DNA from: Auanema rhodensis
Lineage: Eukaryota > Animalia > Nematoda
NCBI GenBank assembly: GCA_964057225.1
Contig: OZ059897.1
Location: 9,858,001-9,922,000 of the forward strand
Length of the DNA stretch: 64,000 nucleotides
Direction: 5' to 3'
Under the pieces are notes generated by a model. It had not been told where the DNA came from. It saw only the letters and a program-made list of their open reading frames with translations, and did not search any database. Below, in pieces: positions 51,910 to 64,000 of the stretch (its first letter is position 1; each line of letters opens with the position of its first letter). Made by a program: the position numbers and the translations under genes.

Positions 51910-54262
51910 CTATTTATATCTTTCTAACTCTCTTTATTCTTTTTTAAGCGTTAGCGCTACTATCTGCTTGTCACCGTGTTCATCGTTGTTCAAGTCTTTT
52001 CAATCTCTCGAGTTCTTCTTGACATGCAAGCTTATAAGATTAAATGCCGTCTATCATTGTAAGAGATGAAGAGATCCTAAGGGAGAGTTAAATTTGTAAC
52101 GAAATAGGAATAGAGCTCATCACTCAATTTCCTTTTCTTTCTTTGTCACTTACCGAATTTGGACTTCATCTGATTGCTTTATTTGCTTTATATTTCACTC
52201 AATTCAATGACTTTTGCACAATTGGTTTGTATAACTATTTATGTATATTGTTTAATTTTTTTTTGTGTTGAAAAACTATTTATTCACAAGTTCATTGCAC
52301 TTTTTCGTGCTCAGCTACTTCTCTGCATAATATCAGCTCGTAATATTTGGAGTTCAAGTATTTAGTTTGCACCTTTTTTCACTTCTTTTTCTGTCAAATA
52401 CATAGTAACGTAGTGGTTTGCAGCTTCTCACCCAAAGTAGCTTAAGCATGCTCTAGCTCATTCAGTACTCATTTACAATCTCATAGAGCGAATTCATTCA
52501 TTCATTCGAATTAGCCGATAAACTAACTGTTCATCTTCTCTCGTCACCAACTCGTTGTCCTTTATAGCACTTCAATCACAAAATGTCTATATTTGGATGA
52601 AGAGAAGACTCTTTAAATGTCGTTTTCATATGGCAACATACGAGCGTGAATCTACACGCATAATCTTGGATCATCTGCAGTTCTTTTACATCTTTATTCC
52701 GGCCGAGATTTCCGTCACTACTACACATCATTTTTCTTTTATTTCTTTCATCTTTTTCTTCTGAATCTTTTTTTGTGCGTATATGTGTGTGTGTGCTGTA
52801 AGCCTTCAACTCCTCCCTCACGCCAACGTCGCATGATACCAATTATGGTATCACAGTGGTCTTTAACCCGCCCACTGACTGAATCAGGCTTCACTCTCTG
52901 TGTCGATGTGCTCACAGGTTTTCTCTATCACTTCATTCTATTTCAACAGAAATAATTTGAAATTCCATGAATCTCTCTTTTCCCACGAAGGTCACAGTTT
53001 CTATTTCTTTTCTTTTTTTTTTTGAAAATCAAATAAATCCTTACACCTTCATCATTTGTCCGGAAACAATATGTTTTATTATGCTACACCTTGAAAACTT
53101 ATTGTATTATGCTATTACATCATCTTAAACTTAATTCAAACTTTATTTTTTCTTTAATATAATAAAATTTTGAAGTAACTATATACTTTTATAAGATTTA
53201 AGAAATAACTATAAATAACTTATATATTTTGATTTGAAAACATTATTCTCTTTCTTCCTCTTCCTTCTTCTTTCGACTTCTTATTTCTCTCTCTCTCTCT
53301 TGTCACTTTCTTAATAATTTCTTAAATCTTCATTTATTTTCAAATATATTAAGATTTTTAGAAGAAATAGAAATTTTACTGACACATGTATGTATATGAA
53401 ACTTTTTGAGATGAAGTTCAGAATGATGTTCTTCAGATGCTTCTGAAGTTGTCACTTTTCTCAGCTTTATTTCAGTTCAAGGAAATGTTTCAGATTTTGT
53501 GAAAATTCATTTTCATCTCTTTTCTCAATTTCATTTTACTTTTTGAGTTTTATTCTGAAAAAAAAAAGAATTTCTAGCTACATATATCCGAATACAGTTT
53601 TAAAGTTAATGAAACATAACTTCAGAAATTAACTGATTGAACAACAAACCTATTCCTCTCTATACGATTCTAATTCAACAAGTAAATCTTTCTTTAGAAA
53701 ACACAAGATGAAGTATATATCAAGCTATATCTTTCACTTATATGTTTTTCTTTTTTACAAAGTAAAAGAAAAAAAATGGAAAATCAACTAAGAAAAATAT
53801 AATTTCCTCTTCTTCTTCTCCTTCTTCTTCAAATCATAAAATACTACGTATGAAGTTTTTCTATAATATACAATTTGTTGTCTATGTTTTTCAGCTTAAC
53901 GCTTATCTATCTCGTTTATAATTACAAAATATTGAACACTAATTTTATATTTGAATCTAAAATATATGCATTTCAAATTAAAGTTGTTTGCTAGTATTTT
54001 TTCGTCAAAGCACTATTTATTGTATATAATTTGTTCTTATTTCTTCAAATTTTTTTCAAGCAAATTTACATAATATCACATTTTGTTGGAGAAAAAAAAA
54101 AGGTATTTTGACGTCAAAAAACAAAACATTATTTTTCGACGACAGTGTCTTCTTCTGCCCAGTTGGTATCGACAAGTGACTCCTTATTCTTCTCCTTCTT
54201 CTGCTTTTGCTTCTCACTCTTATTCCAACAATTCATATTTTCTTTCTTTTATAGGTATTCCG

Positions 54263-54597
54263 ATGTCGTCATCCAGTTTAGCACAGCTGTGCATCTTTTT
54301 CCTTGTTCTTACAACAGCATCAGCTAGTTCTATAAGAGCTAAACGTCAACTAAGCCCAGCTGTATCACTGGAGGAGCGTCTTCCATTCCTTATGACATAC
54401 GGTAATTCAGAAGTAAGTTTTGAATAAAAGTACAAATAAGAAGAATAGAATAAAGGTTATATGAGAGAAAGAAGACAAATAAAAATGATTTTATATATTA
54501 TTTATATGTTTTATTATGACAAATAATCAATTTTAAAAGTAAAAGAAATACAATGTTGCAATGTCATTTGTTATTGGTAGAAGAAGAGAATGAAGGA

Positions 54598-54644
<47 letters not shown>

Positions 54645-55388
54645 CTGTTTGAAAGAGAGAGAGAGAGAGCTGTTTGAAAGAGAGAGCGCGCGATTGAGAG
54701 AAAGGAGGGATTAGATCAACCTTTGAAACTATGTGTAGTTGCCGATGCAGAGATTCTTCCTTATTTCTCAATTCTGTTGTCTCGTTTTCGGAAATGAAAT
54801 TCATCTTTGGCTCATATATACATCTATTCTCGTCATGACCTTATTGTATTCTCCATATATTCTTCTTCTAGCTATCTATCTATGAGTCTGTCTGTGTGTG
54901 TGTGTGTGTGTGTGTATGTATATAGTCTGATACTTCCTAAAAGAATTATCTTTTCTTTCAAATTAGATATTCAGAATTACTAGAACATTTCAATTAATTA
55001 ATCTTTTTTTTTATTCTTTACAGGGCTCTGCTTTCAAGAGGTCACCACTTAGCGTTCAGCTTAAGCGACATATTTCACCATCAATTGATGTTGAACAAGA
55101 TTTGGGACAAATGAGAACATTGATGGATATTGGAAAGCGACAGGTGGATTAAATCATTTCTATTACTAAATCTTTTTTTTTCTTATTATCTTTCAGATAA
55201 GTATTGCTGATGACATGAATAGAGAAGTTGAGGTAAAATATTCACCAACTACTTCCTCGTATAATCCATCAAATCCTTTTCAGCTGTACAATAGGCTGTT
55301 CAGTGCTGGTAAACGAGCCATCTCTCCTGCTCATGATCTTCAATCTGCATTATCATTCTCCGATTATTTGGAACGTGCTGGACGGTAA
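54263..55388 (+). CDS. nlp-11: Neuropeptide-like precursor NLP-11 (4 coding exons: 54263-54412, 55024-55143, 55197-55232, 55284-55388)
   Basis: Signal peptide, then KR-flanked HISPSIDVEQDLGQMRTLMDI-G-KR, QISIADDMNREVELYNRLFSA-G-KR and AISPAHDLQSALSFSDYLERA-G-R*. These resemble the three amidated NLP-11 peptides of C. elegans. Confidence 0.85.
54602..54686. repeat. (GA)n microsatellite with two GAGAGCTGTTTGAAAGAGA units, in nlp-11 intron 1
   Basis: Direct inspection. Confidence 0.9.
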
Positions 55389-55789
55389 AATTGCAAATCT
55401 GTACAGAATGATTAATACAAAGCATACCAATCTAATTTAAGTAGCTTAAAATCTTGAATTCCATGTATTTTGTGATATTTAAATTTGCCGCCCAGAAAAA
55501 GAAGGATATAATATCGATGAGGCTTTACTTTTCTTGAGAATTGAATGAAACATCATGATGTATTTTGATTATATGTTCAAGAAATATGTTAATTAAGTTT
55601 TTTTAAAGTTTTTATTATATGATATCATATATATATATATAACATCTAGAAAAAAAGAAAATATGATAAAACATGAAATTATTGAAATTATACAGTATGA
55701 CCATGGGTTACAATTTTTTTTCAATTTCTGCAGATTCCGAAAATTGGGAAACGGTACATGAAGAAATAGAGATAGAGACAAATGGAGAG

Positions 55790-55923
55790 AAAGAGAGAGA
55801 GAGAGAGAGATAGAGAGAGAAATAGAGTGAAAAAGAAAAAGAGAGAGAGAAAAATAGAGAAAAAGAGATTCAATGATAGAGGAGAAACAAGTGGGGAACA
55901 GCGAAGAACTGATTAAGAAAGAA

Positions 55924-55982
<59 letters not shown>

Positions 55983-56100
55983 GGGAAAGACAGGTAAAGA
56001 GAGAGAAAAAGAGATTGAATGATAGAGGAGAAACAAGTGGAGAAATACGAAGAATTGATTAAGAGAGAGAGAGAGAGAGAGAAATAGAAAGAGAGAGAAA
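55790..56100. repeat. Purine-rich (GA)n region with an imperfect ~60-bp direct repeat (55861-55920 vs ~56007-56065)
   Basis: AAAAGAGATT(C/G)AATGATAGAGGAGAAACAAGTGG...CGAAGAA(C/T)TGATTAAGA occurs twice, about 146 bp apart, around a (GA)n run at 55927-55972. Confidence 0.85.
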
Positions 56101-57278
56101 GTGAAAGAAAAAGTAAAACGTAAGAGAAAAACATTTATATTGTAATTGAAGGTATTTATTTACTTTATCAATATCCTATTACATTATTAAAATATGTATA
56201 CAAGAGAGAAAATCATTAAGCTGACTGATTTTTTTCTAAAACAAAACAAGCTTTAAGGGTTAAAAGTAATAAATTAATATGAAATATAATGAAAATATTG
56301 TCTTTCAAACAAACAAAACCGTTTTTAACTTCTTTTTTTCTGAGAAGAATTGAAAAGCTCACAAACGTTTTGGATGAAAATTCTATAAAATTGTTTTTGA
56401 CTTCCGAATAAGATAAGCTTGTTGTAATGTCTATGTATTCCCTTTGTCGGCATTTTTTAAATAAATAATGAAAATCAAAGAAAAATTTATGAAATAAACT
56501 ATTGCAACAACGTTTTTGTTAGAAAATAGAAGTTTTGTTTAAACTAAAATGGCATGTAAGTTGAGTGTTGAATAGTGGATTTCGTAAGTTGTCACACTAC
56601 TACTAAGCTGTTGGATTTTACTCATTTTGAAGGTATGTTCATACTGTTTCATTGTCTTTCATATTCAGAAAATTGTTTCTCAGGAAATACACTACTAACA
56701 TTCTTTAGATTTTGAAGCTGAAAGCTCTTTCGCTTTGACAGTTTTCTCTTCATTGCTTTAGGCTCTGAAAATTACATTGAAGCACAATAGCGCTCTTGAG
56801 ATGTAAGCATTTCAGTCTTTTCTGCAATTGTTGTTTCAATTTATTTTAAATTTCCATTACGTAATTTAAATTTGAACTAGTACTTGTTTGAAGAATTGAT
56901 AGCATTCTGAATATGTAAGAAGCATAATCTCAACTTCGAAGTATGATTGAATTGAATGCGCACATGCACATGTTCACAGACACATGTATACATGTGTGTG
57001 TGTGTTGCTTGACCTCTGACTAAGGACTAACCCACTCATATGAAATTTCCTGTCATTTCGGCAACATTAGAGTCGTAAAGCAAAGCATTTCTTTCGTTAG
57101 ACATTGCCTTCAGGCTATTCATAAAACAACTCGGCATACTCAAGTAGCCATGCAGCTTTTTCGGTTACTTCAAATTGTCGTTTTCATTTTATTGTTACTT
57201 TAGCTCATAATGTGTCGTTTTTTCCTTTTTTTGTGAGTTTATCAGTATTTCTTATACCTTTCAGAAGATATTTTTGGG

Positions 57279-57310
<32 letters not shown>

Positions 57311-59683
57311 TCTCACTCTCGATCTATCTTTATCTATCTATCTATACATAAAGCATCCTTACGTGAAAATGGAGCGAAAAACATAAACAAGATTTTCGGC
57401 TAATTCTTTTTTTTGGTGAAAAATGTTCTTGTATACATACATGAGAGATGCATAATATGCCAAAGAAAATGAAAGATTCCCTTTAGAGTAGTTAAAGAAA
57501 TCTAAATCTAATGATTCTTGTGTGCAGTCAAGAATAATATATCAACCTCACAATTGTCTTCAAATGTCAATAAACCTCCAGGGATCTTAACATATGGAAG
57601 GAAGATTGTTTATCATTCACCAACTCATTCAGTCAATTCATAAATAACCTCATTCTTTTTCGAGTTATTTACTTGGATGCACTTTTTTTTGCTTCGCAAC
57701 TTTCGATTTAATACTTCTTTTACTAAAGTTATTAGTTTTTCTCAGTTTTTCTCCAAGAACACATTGAATAGATTCAATTTAATTTTCCTCACTTGAATAA
57801 ACTTTTCAGCAAATTTGCCAGAACGTGTTCAAACGGCCGGTTGCAAATTTAGTAAGGACTTATCTTCATGCATATGCATTACTTTTACAACTCTTTTGAA
57901 AAAAAACAAGGTTTTGTTGTTTTCCTACATTTTTCTATTTTCACCTTTTTTCTCTCAGATAATACTCTATAAAGGTTTCTGAGAGAACATTAGATGAGAG
58001 GTTCCTTCCTCAATTTTTTTCTTGAGATCCCTTGAGACAAAGCTATCTTGATACAGCTTTACTTGTTCATCGTTGTATGCTGTTGTATGTTACACGTTGT
58101 CGTTTTCCACTTGCTTAAGTTGTTTTGAGTTGAGAAGAATTCTTGTGGAATCTTGTAATTTGAATTATTTCGTCTTTAAAGATGTACATATCATGCTATT
58201 CATCATCATAAATTCCGTAATTTGGTCATTCAATCATATCGAAATTCAATTTTGAACAGTTTTTGCCTAAGTTTCATGAAAGAACTCTTGTAAATGAATA
58301 AAATGAACAGCAACTTATTGAATTTCACGTCTCATCGATAAGTCTTTAAAGCAAAAACGAGCATCCGATAAAAGCGGAGAAAAGGGCTCAAAATAACAAG
58401 AAAGTGGAAAGAGAGATAGAGTGGAGATAGACTGCATGAAAGTAGACGAAGGCTTACTTCATAATAACTCCCTCATCTGCCCATTCGTCTACAAACCAAG
58501 CAGCTGTCCAGTTAAACATGGAACATCTATTATTTGGTTTCCACTATTTTGGAAACTTTTTATCACAACATTTACATGTTTAACGATCTAATAATTATAT
58601 TTTTATCATATAACTATACTATTTATAACATTTAATTTTCAATTCATTTATTTAGTTTTAATGTGTAACTTCACGCGATTTTTCCGTTTGAGTTCTGCCA
58701 CTTCCTGTCTTTTAAAAGCTAAAATAAGCGAAAAGATTCAAAGATTCTCTTTACAGAGATCCGTATCAAGTTTCATTTGGCTGTCTATCTACTACAAGGT
58801 GCATATTGAAATGCTAATATTATGCTTTTAACTGAAAACTTAATGCTGTTTGCAACTCTCTGGTCATTGAAAGTTGAAGCTACAAACTCTTTTCGCATCT
58901 TTTCAAATGAAACAAATAATATTCGTTTGACGAAGCATTAAATTGTTTCTAATCGTTGTAGTTACGTTTGAAAGATGTTTAATACTAAACCTGAGAATAT
59001 AACTCAAAATTGCTTTCATTCATAGCCAGCATAGACAGAATTCTTCTATTCCCCCTCATTCTGTTTTGCTGAGTTTTGCTGAGTGTGTCCTTTGTTCCTA
59101 AAGCATATTTGAGATATATTTACGAAGAATGTTTCATTTAACTTAAAATATATTAATAAATATTCTAAATATATATATATATATATATATAGATATATAT
59201 ATTATTCTAAGTATACTTTAAAAATTTCAAACGATATTCCTTAATGCTACTTCTAACCTCGCTAGCTGACACAAGTTTGACTGTGTTGAAAGCTACAACA
59301 AACATCCTTCACACATTCGAAGTGTGTTCTCCACATACTTCTTTAGAAATCGCATTTGATGATTATCATCATCATCAACTTCAGCAAGTAATACGTCGTC
59401 AATCAAACTTTATTATTTTCCCTTTTTTAACCTTTGTAAAGCGGACTTGTATGTATATTTTATATTTGAGAAATATTAATAAAAAGAAATAATATTATAA
59501 TATTCATAACATCTCTTCATTTGCTGTTTTCCGTTCAAAAACAAATTTTTCCCCCCTGCTTTTAAGAATCTTTTTTTTTTCAAAGCTTTATAAAGATGTA
59601 TACTATATATACATATACTATATATTTTATTATTTTTGTATTTATTTTTCTTTTTTTATTAGTTTCAGATATAAAGTTTGATA

Positions 59684-60412
59684 ATGTTTCATCTGCTTTT
59701 ATATTTATCATCTATATTATCAAGTGGCTCTGTTAATGGACTTGATGTTACACCAAAAGATATAAATAAGAAATGTTTTACATGTTCCGTTTTTACATTC
59801 ATCGATAATCGTTTACTATGTGCAAATCCTGGAGTATGCTATGCAAACTATTGCTATTCATGTAATATATTCTTATATTCTCTTTATATCTGTACTTCGT
59901 TATCGTTCTTTTTAGATTTGTTATCTGATCAGCGATCAATGTACTTATCGGGATGTGCTGAGGATATCACAGATTATCCATTTAGGTAAAACACATTGGG
60001 TGTCTTTCCTTTTCCATCATTCATTCATACATATTTTCAGTGAAAACGACTCCAGAACACTTTGTCATGCTCGCGGATCGTTTGGTTTGTGTCTCTGTCA
60101 AACTTACGGAGGTGCATGTAATCTGATTGATTCTAACACAACAGACTTGGATTGGATAAATACAGATCTTGTAATGATGAATGCTATATCACATGTAAGA
60201 CTTTCTCATTCACATGTTGCAATCTCAAAGTTCTATTGCAGAGGGTAACTGGATTTTCGGCAGATTACGCAAAGAACAGAGTTCAACAGCTGAGAGTTGA
60301 AGGCTATCCGGATACATTTCCTGGAACTCCACTTAACAACATAGCAACAGTTTCGAATCTGACACTATCGCTACTTTTAGGCATTGCAACTCTTCTTCTC
60401 ATTCGGATATAG
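59684..60412 (+). CDS. Ly6/uPAR (three-finger)-like, probably GPI-anchored cell-surface protein; 4 exons
   Basis: Signal peptide, 10 Cys (CFTC...C...C...C...GC...C...CLC...CN), a spacer and a hydrophobic C-terminus (LSLLLGIATLLLIRI*). Confidence 0.7.
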
Positions 60413-60869
60413 ACCAAATTTGCCCTATTTTGTTGAATTTTGAAATAAGCTTTAATACTTACTTAATTATGCTCAGATTTTCTTGGTGCAAATAAATTTA
60501 AATTAAAGATTTATTGAAACTAAATGAGTTATATGTTATTAAGTTTCCTAAAGCTCAAAAAAAAGAAAAATTACAACATGATTATCACAGTTGGAAATTA
60601 AAGGCAACTAGGCAAGTGAATATCAAATCTTAATATTTCTTATAAAACACTTATTATGTCAAAATTGCAACCGGAGGATATAAATACTATGAATTACGAA
60701 AAACTTGAATATCTTACGATTCGATTCCGATATCTCTAAACTAGTAAAGAGAAATATCATTTTGGTTTTAATGCGTATTAGGATGTGCAAGGTGAGCAAG
60801 CAATGAGTCTCAGATTAGAAAAAAAAATAAAATGCTGGATGTTAGAGAATTATGGCTCATAGGAGAACT

Positions 60870-62195
60870 TTAGATTAAAGGTACTTTTTCAATTTTTGAA
60901 GATGGAGCTATAGTAACCAGACGTTGAGGACTCTTTGTGCGGAATGTAACGTAAGTATAAAGAATACTTCCAAGAACACTAAATAAAGATTTTATATAGC
61001 TTAATTGAAATTAGAGCAAAAAGGAAAATGAAAACAAAACCATACCTAACGTTAATACCGATAAAGTTGGCCCATTGGAATACGAAGTCTCCACTGGAGA
61101 ACATACCGGCATATGTTACAACCAGATTCTATAAAGTCAAATATCATTGAATAGATAAATAGAAAATGGCAGTTACCTTAATTGGTCCAACACAAGTTGT
61201 TGTCAATGCGGAGTTATATTGAGTACACAGCACAAGAGAATAATTCAAAATAAATCCGCAGACACATGAAAGAGCGAGGCAAACCCAGACACTCGTTGAC
61301 ATTTCTTCACTTGCCATAAAAGCTAATGTCTTAAATAATAGAAGTATGAAAGGAATGAACTAATAACTTATTAAACCTTGTCTAATTCCCCATTGTAAGT
61401 AATGTATAAAAGTCCTGGAGCAACCACAAAGAGGCAATTGTAATACATCAATCCATATTTTCCTAGGTCCTGTGAAGTTAAGGTATAAGTTGACATGCTC
61501 TTTATATGTAGCTTCTACCTTAGCTTCAAGTTTTTGTTTTGTATATACACCTAGCGCAGCTGTGCAAAGATCATTGACTCCAACTAATGTATATCCGAGA
61601 AGATCAAATGATAAATCATAAATGGCTGCAATGACAGATCCTAGAATCATCAAGCCAACAGAAATTCTGATGGCTTTCGAAGCATTTACTCTAGAAAAGT
61701 GGTTTTACAGAAGTTGAACATGCCACGGTTACCCTAGAATGTAGTATTCTAGCACCATGGTCATTAAAATTGAAAATCGTCTAAGGACCGTGAACATAGG
61801 AAGACTGAAACATGAGGACATATTAGCAACATATGCAGATCTAGCATCCTTACTTGATCATTTGTGTGCCACCAAGACCGGAAATCAGGTTAATACCATA
61901 TAGGATTGGTAAGGGGAATATCTTGCGCGGGATGGATGAATCAAGCTCGGGGAATTTGACAAATTTGAAAGCTCTAGCAAACCATAATATAACAATGGTT
62001 GCTAACATTTGTCCTACACCAACAAATTGGTAAGATGGAAACCTTAAAAGATAAAATCAGGTGAAAGACAATGTTATCTTCGTAATCAAACCTATAATTA
62101 GTGAGAAGAATTTTGTTTACAAATACAATAATTATAGAAGTTATTCCATAGAATAGAGCGGACATCAACCGCTGTAGGACCGTTGCTTCCGACAT
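60870..62195 (-). CDS. sqv-7: UDP-sugar transporter, SLC35D family
   Basis: [57 protein letters not shown] and [19 protein letters not shown]. Confidence 0.92.
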
Positions 62196-62620
62196 CTAAA
62201 ACTGACAGTAAAATACAACACAACAACAAGAAATGGCCAAATATTAGGTAAAAACCATATCAGAACAATTAAACTATTTAAATCACAGAATTACAATTCA
62301 TGTAAAGTAGTCATGTTCAAGAATCTCGCAAAATCTACCAAATATAAAGCGGAATATAAACATTTTTTGGCAACAAATGTCAGCTTTTATACAAAGATTA
62401 GTAGAAATTTCAGTATTTTACAAACTATAAAAGAAACTAATATAGACACAGGGTTTTAATTTGAGCAAAAAAATACATTACATACCTGATGTAATAAGAA
62501 AAAAATGCTCAAATAGCCAAATAAATCTTGATATATATATATATAAAAACTCTAAACAATATATACAAAAACTGATAAAGTGATATAGTAGAATCAGAGT
62601 AATAACGATATTGCTAGCTC

Positions 62621-64000
62621 TTATACAATTCCATATGTTAATGAAGGTTCCAGGCGGAATTGGAACTCATTCAATGATTCCAGAAGTTTCGAGAGGTAGT
62701 AAAGGTTTTCAGGTGTACGGAGGAATGATGGTTCTTCGTACATATCTCTTGTTATTGGAGTCAAAGACATAAGTCTAAGGAAACTAGATAGCACATGATC
62801 ACTGTAAAAGACCATAATATAGAAACATAAAACTGTGAGAGTCATCGACATAGACTACAATATTTAATTCTCTTTGTAATGAGATCAAAATATAAAAATA
62901 GAAAAAAGAAAATATACTTACCGGATTGCCAAAAGGATAAACACATGGAATTTTCCATCTTTTCCCAGTTCGCTCTTACTAGAAATTCTATTCACTAGTT
63001 CCAATGCATATTTTATCAGACGTTGGCGTTCTAGCGAGAGTTTATCGGATTCGCCACGTCGGAACAGTTCATGGAACCACATGGCTACCTTCTCTGTAAA
63101 CAGAAACGAATCTAATCTATTGAAGATTTCTTTCACGTACCAACATAATCCCAAGGAAAATGTTGTCTAAACATTCTAAGAGCCCATGTTGAATCTTGTC
63201 TACCAAATTGGAAAGCCTATGAGATTAGCTTTTACAAGAAACATTGAAAATATTAAAATATACCTGTTCAATGGAGTTCACTAAACCACGATCTCCACAT
63301 AGAAGAAGAGCCAGTTCACTTCTGATCTGTTTTTCGCTATGGAAATATTTCACTAAAGCATTTACAGAATCACCCAACATCTGTTGAATGTCATTCAGTC
63401 GTGATCCTAAGAGTTTTGCATATCAACTTGAAAGGTTCAAATTCAACGTACTTCTATTGTTGGATAATGAATCTGGCACTCTTCCCGTAGAGGGACTTCT
63501 ATCTCGTTGAGGTGTTTGACTTCGAGATGTCGCCCTTCTTCTACCTCTGGCTGGTGACCCTGGAGGACAATTTGACTGATCTGGGCAGTCATCTTCGTAA
63601 ACCTGTTCTGCTATCAGTAATCTTGAATATTAAAATTAAATTTTCTTCGTAAAGCTTAACAACAAACCTCTCTAAACTACCATCGTCAACTCCTTTTCCA
63701 AACCATCGGCTACATGGAAATCTATATGTTTGTCCAGTAATCTCATTTCTAACAATAACCTACAATCCGATATATTTAATAAGAACTCAAAGCTAAAACA
63801 TACGTAATCTAAAAACCATTTGGGAGGATTTTCAACTCCAGCAACATGCCCAATTCTCAAATTCGACAATAATCCAAGATTTTTGTGCTAAACAGTTTAA
63901 TATTATTGACAACTCATGGACAGCGAAGCAATCCACGATCGGGACGTGTTGCTGCTCAAATAAATCGTGAAACGTAGCAGCGAAATATTTTTGAATAAAA
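62621..64000 (-). CDS. lst-6: 3' end of DENND5/RAB6IP1-like protein (PLAT remnant plus C-terminal RUN domain); runs off the right edge
   Basis: LRIGH...[49 protein letters not shown] and MYEEPSFLR...[20 protein letters not shown]. Confidence 0.8.

Noticed and set aside
56549-56810. Splice-like signals (GTAAGT, GAAG|GTATGT, CTCAG|) suggesting a small gene
   Set aside because: All three frames of the putative downstream exon stop quickly. At most a lncRNA, which cannot be supported without RNA data.
51379-57403. ORFs rich in SLSLSL or YIYI
   Set aside because: Translations of (CT)n, (GA)n and (TA)n microsatellites.
57949-57997. TTCTCTCAGA...TCTGAGAGAA inverted repeat as a miRNA or MITE
   Set aside because: A 10-bp stem in low-complexity sequence is too short to support either call.

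Overview
AT-rich, gene-dense eukaryotic DNA from a rhabditid (clade V-like) nematode. The evidence is the many ~40-55 bp GT-AG introns, TTTCAG/TTTTAG acceptors, operon-like gene spacing and C. elegans-like proteins. Gene models were spliced by hand, so boundaries are approximate. Genes from left to right: ERMP1-like M28 peptidase (partial, -); a kinesin with CENP-E/kinesin-7 hallmarks (-); cysl-2 (-); a degenerate SLC6/SNF transporter (+); a POLE4-like histone-fold gene (-). An apparently exact 3,340-bp tandem duplication then copies POLE4 whole and the 3' part of the SLC6 gene. Next come a CCDC81-like coiled-coil gene (+); a DUSP-like pseudophosphatase (-); an NDUFA7-UQCRQ pair (+); a TWK channel (-); tbc-15 (-); a fars-3-TMCO1 pair (+); a divergent CK2-beta paralogue (-); and laminin alpha epi-1 (+). 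An ~11 kb microsatellite-rich region holds the neuropeptide gene nlp-11 (+). The window ends with a Ly6/three-finger GPI-type gene (+), sqv-7 (-) and the 3' end of DENND5/lst-6 (-). The most interesting signals are the compact CENP-E-like kinesin (a family C. elegans lacks), the tandem duplication, the divergent CK2-beta, a candidate laminin microexon and the pseudophosphatase. I could not support any tRNA, rRNA, CRISPR array or transposon.
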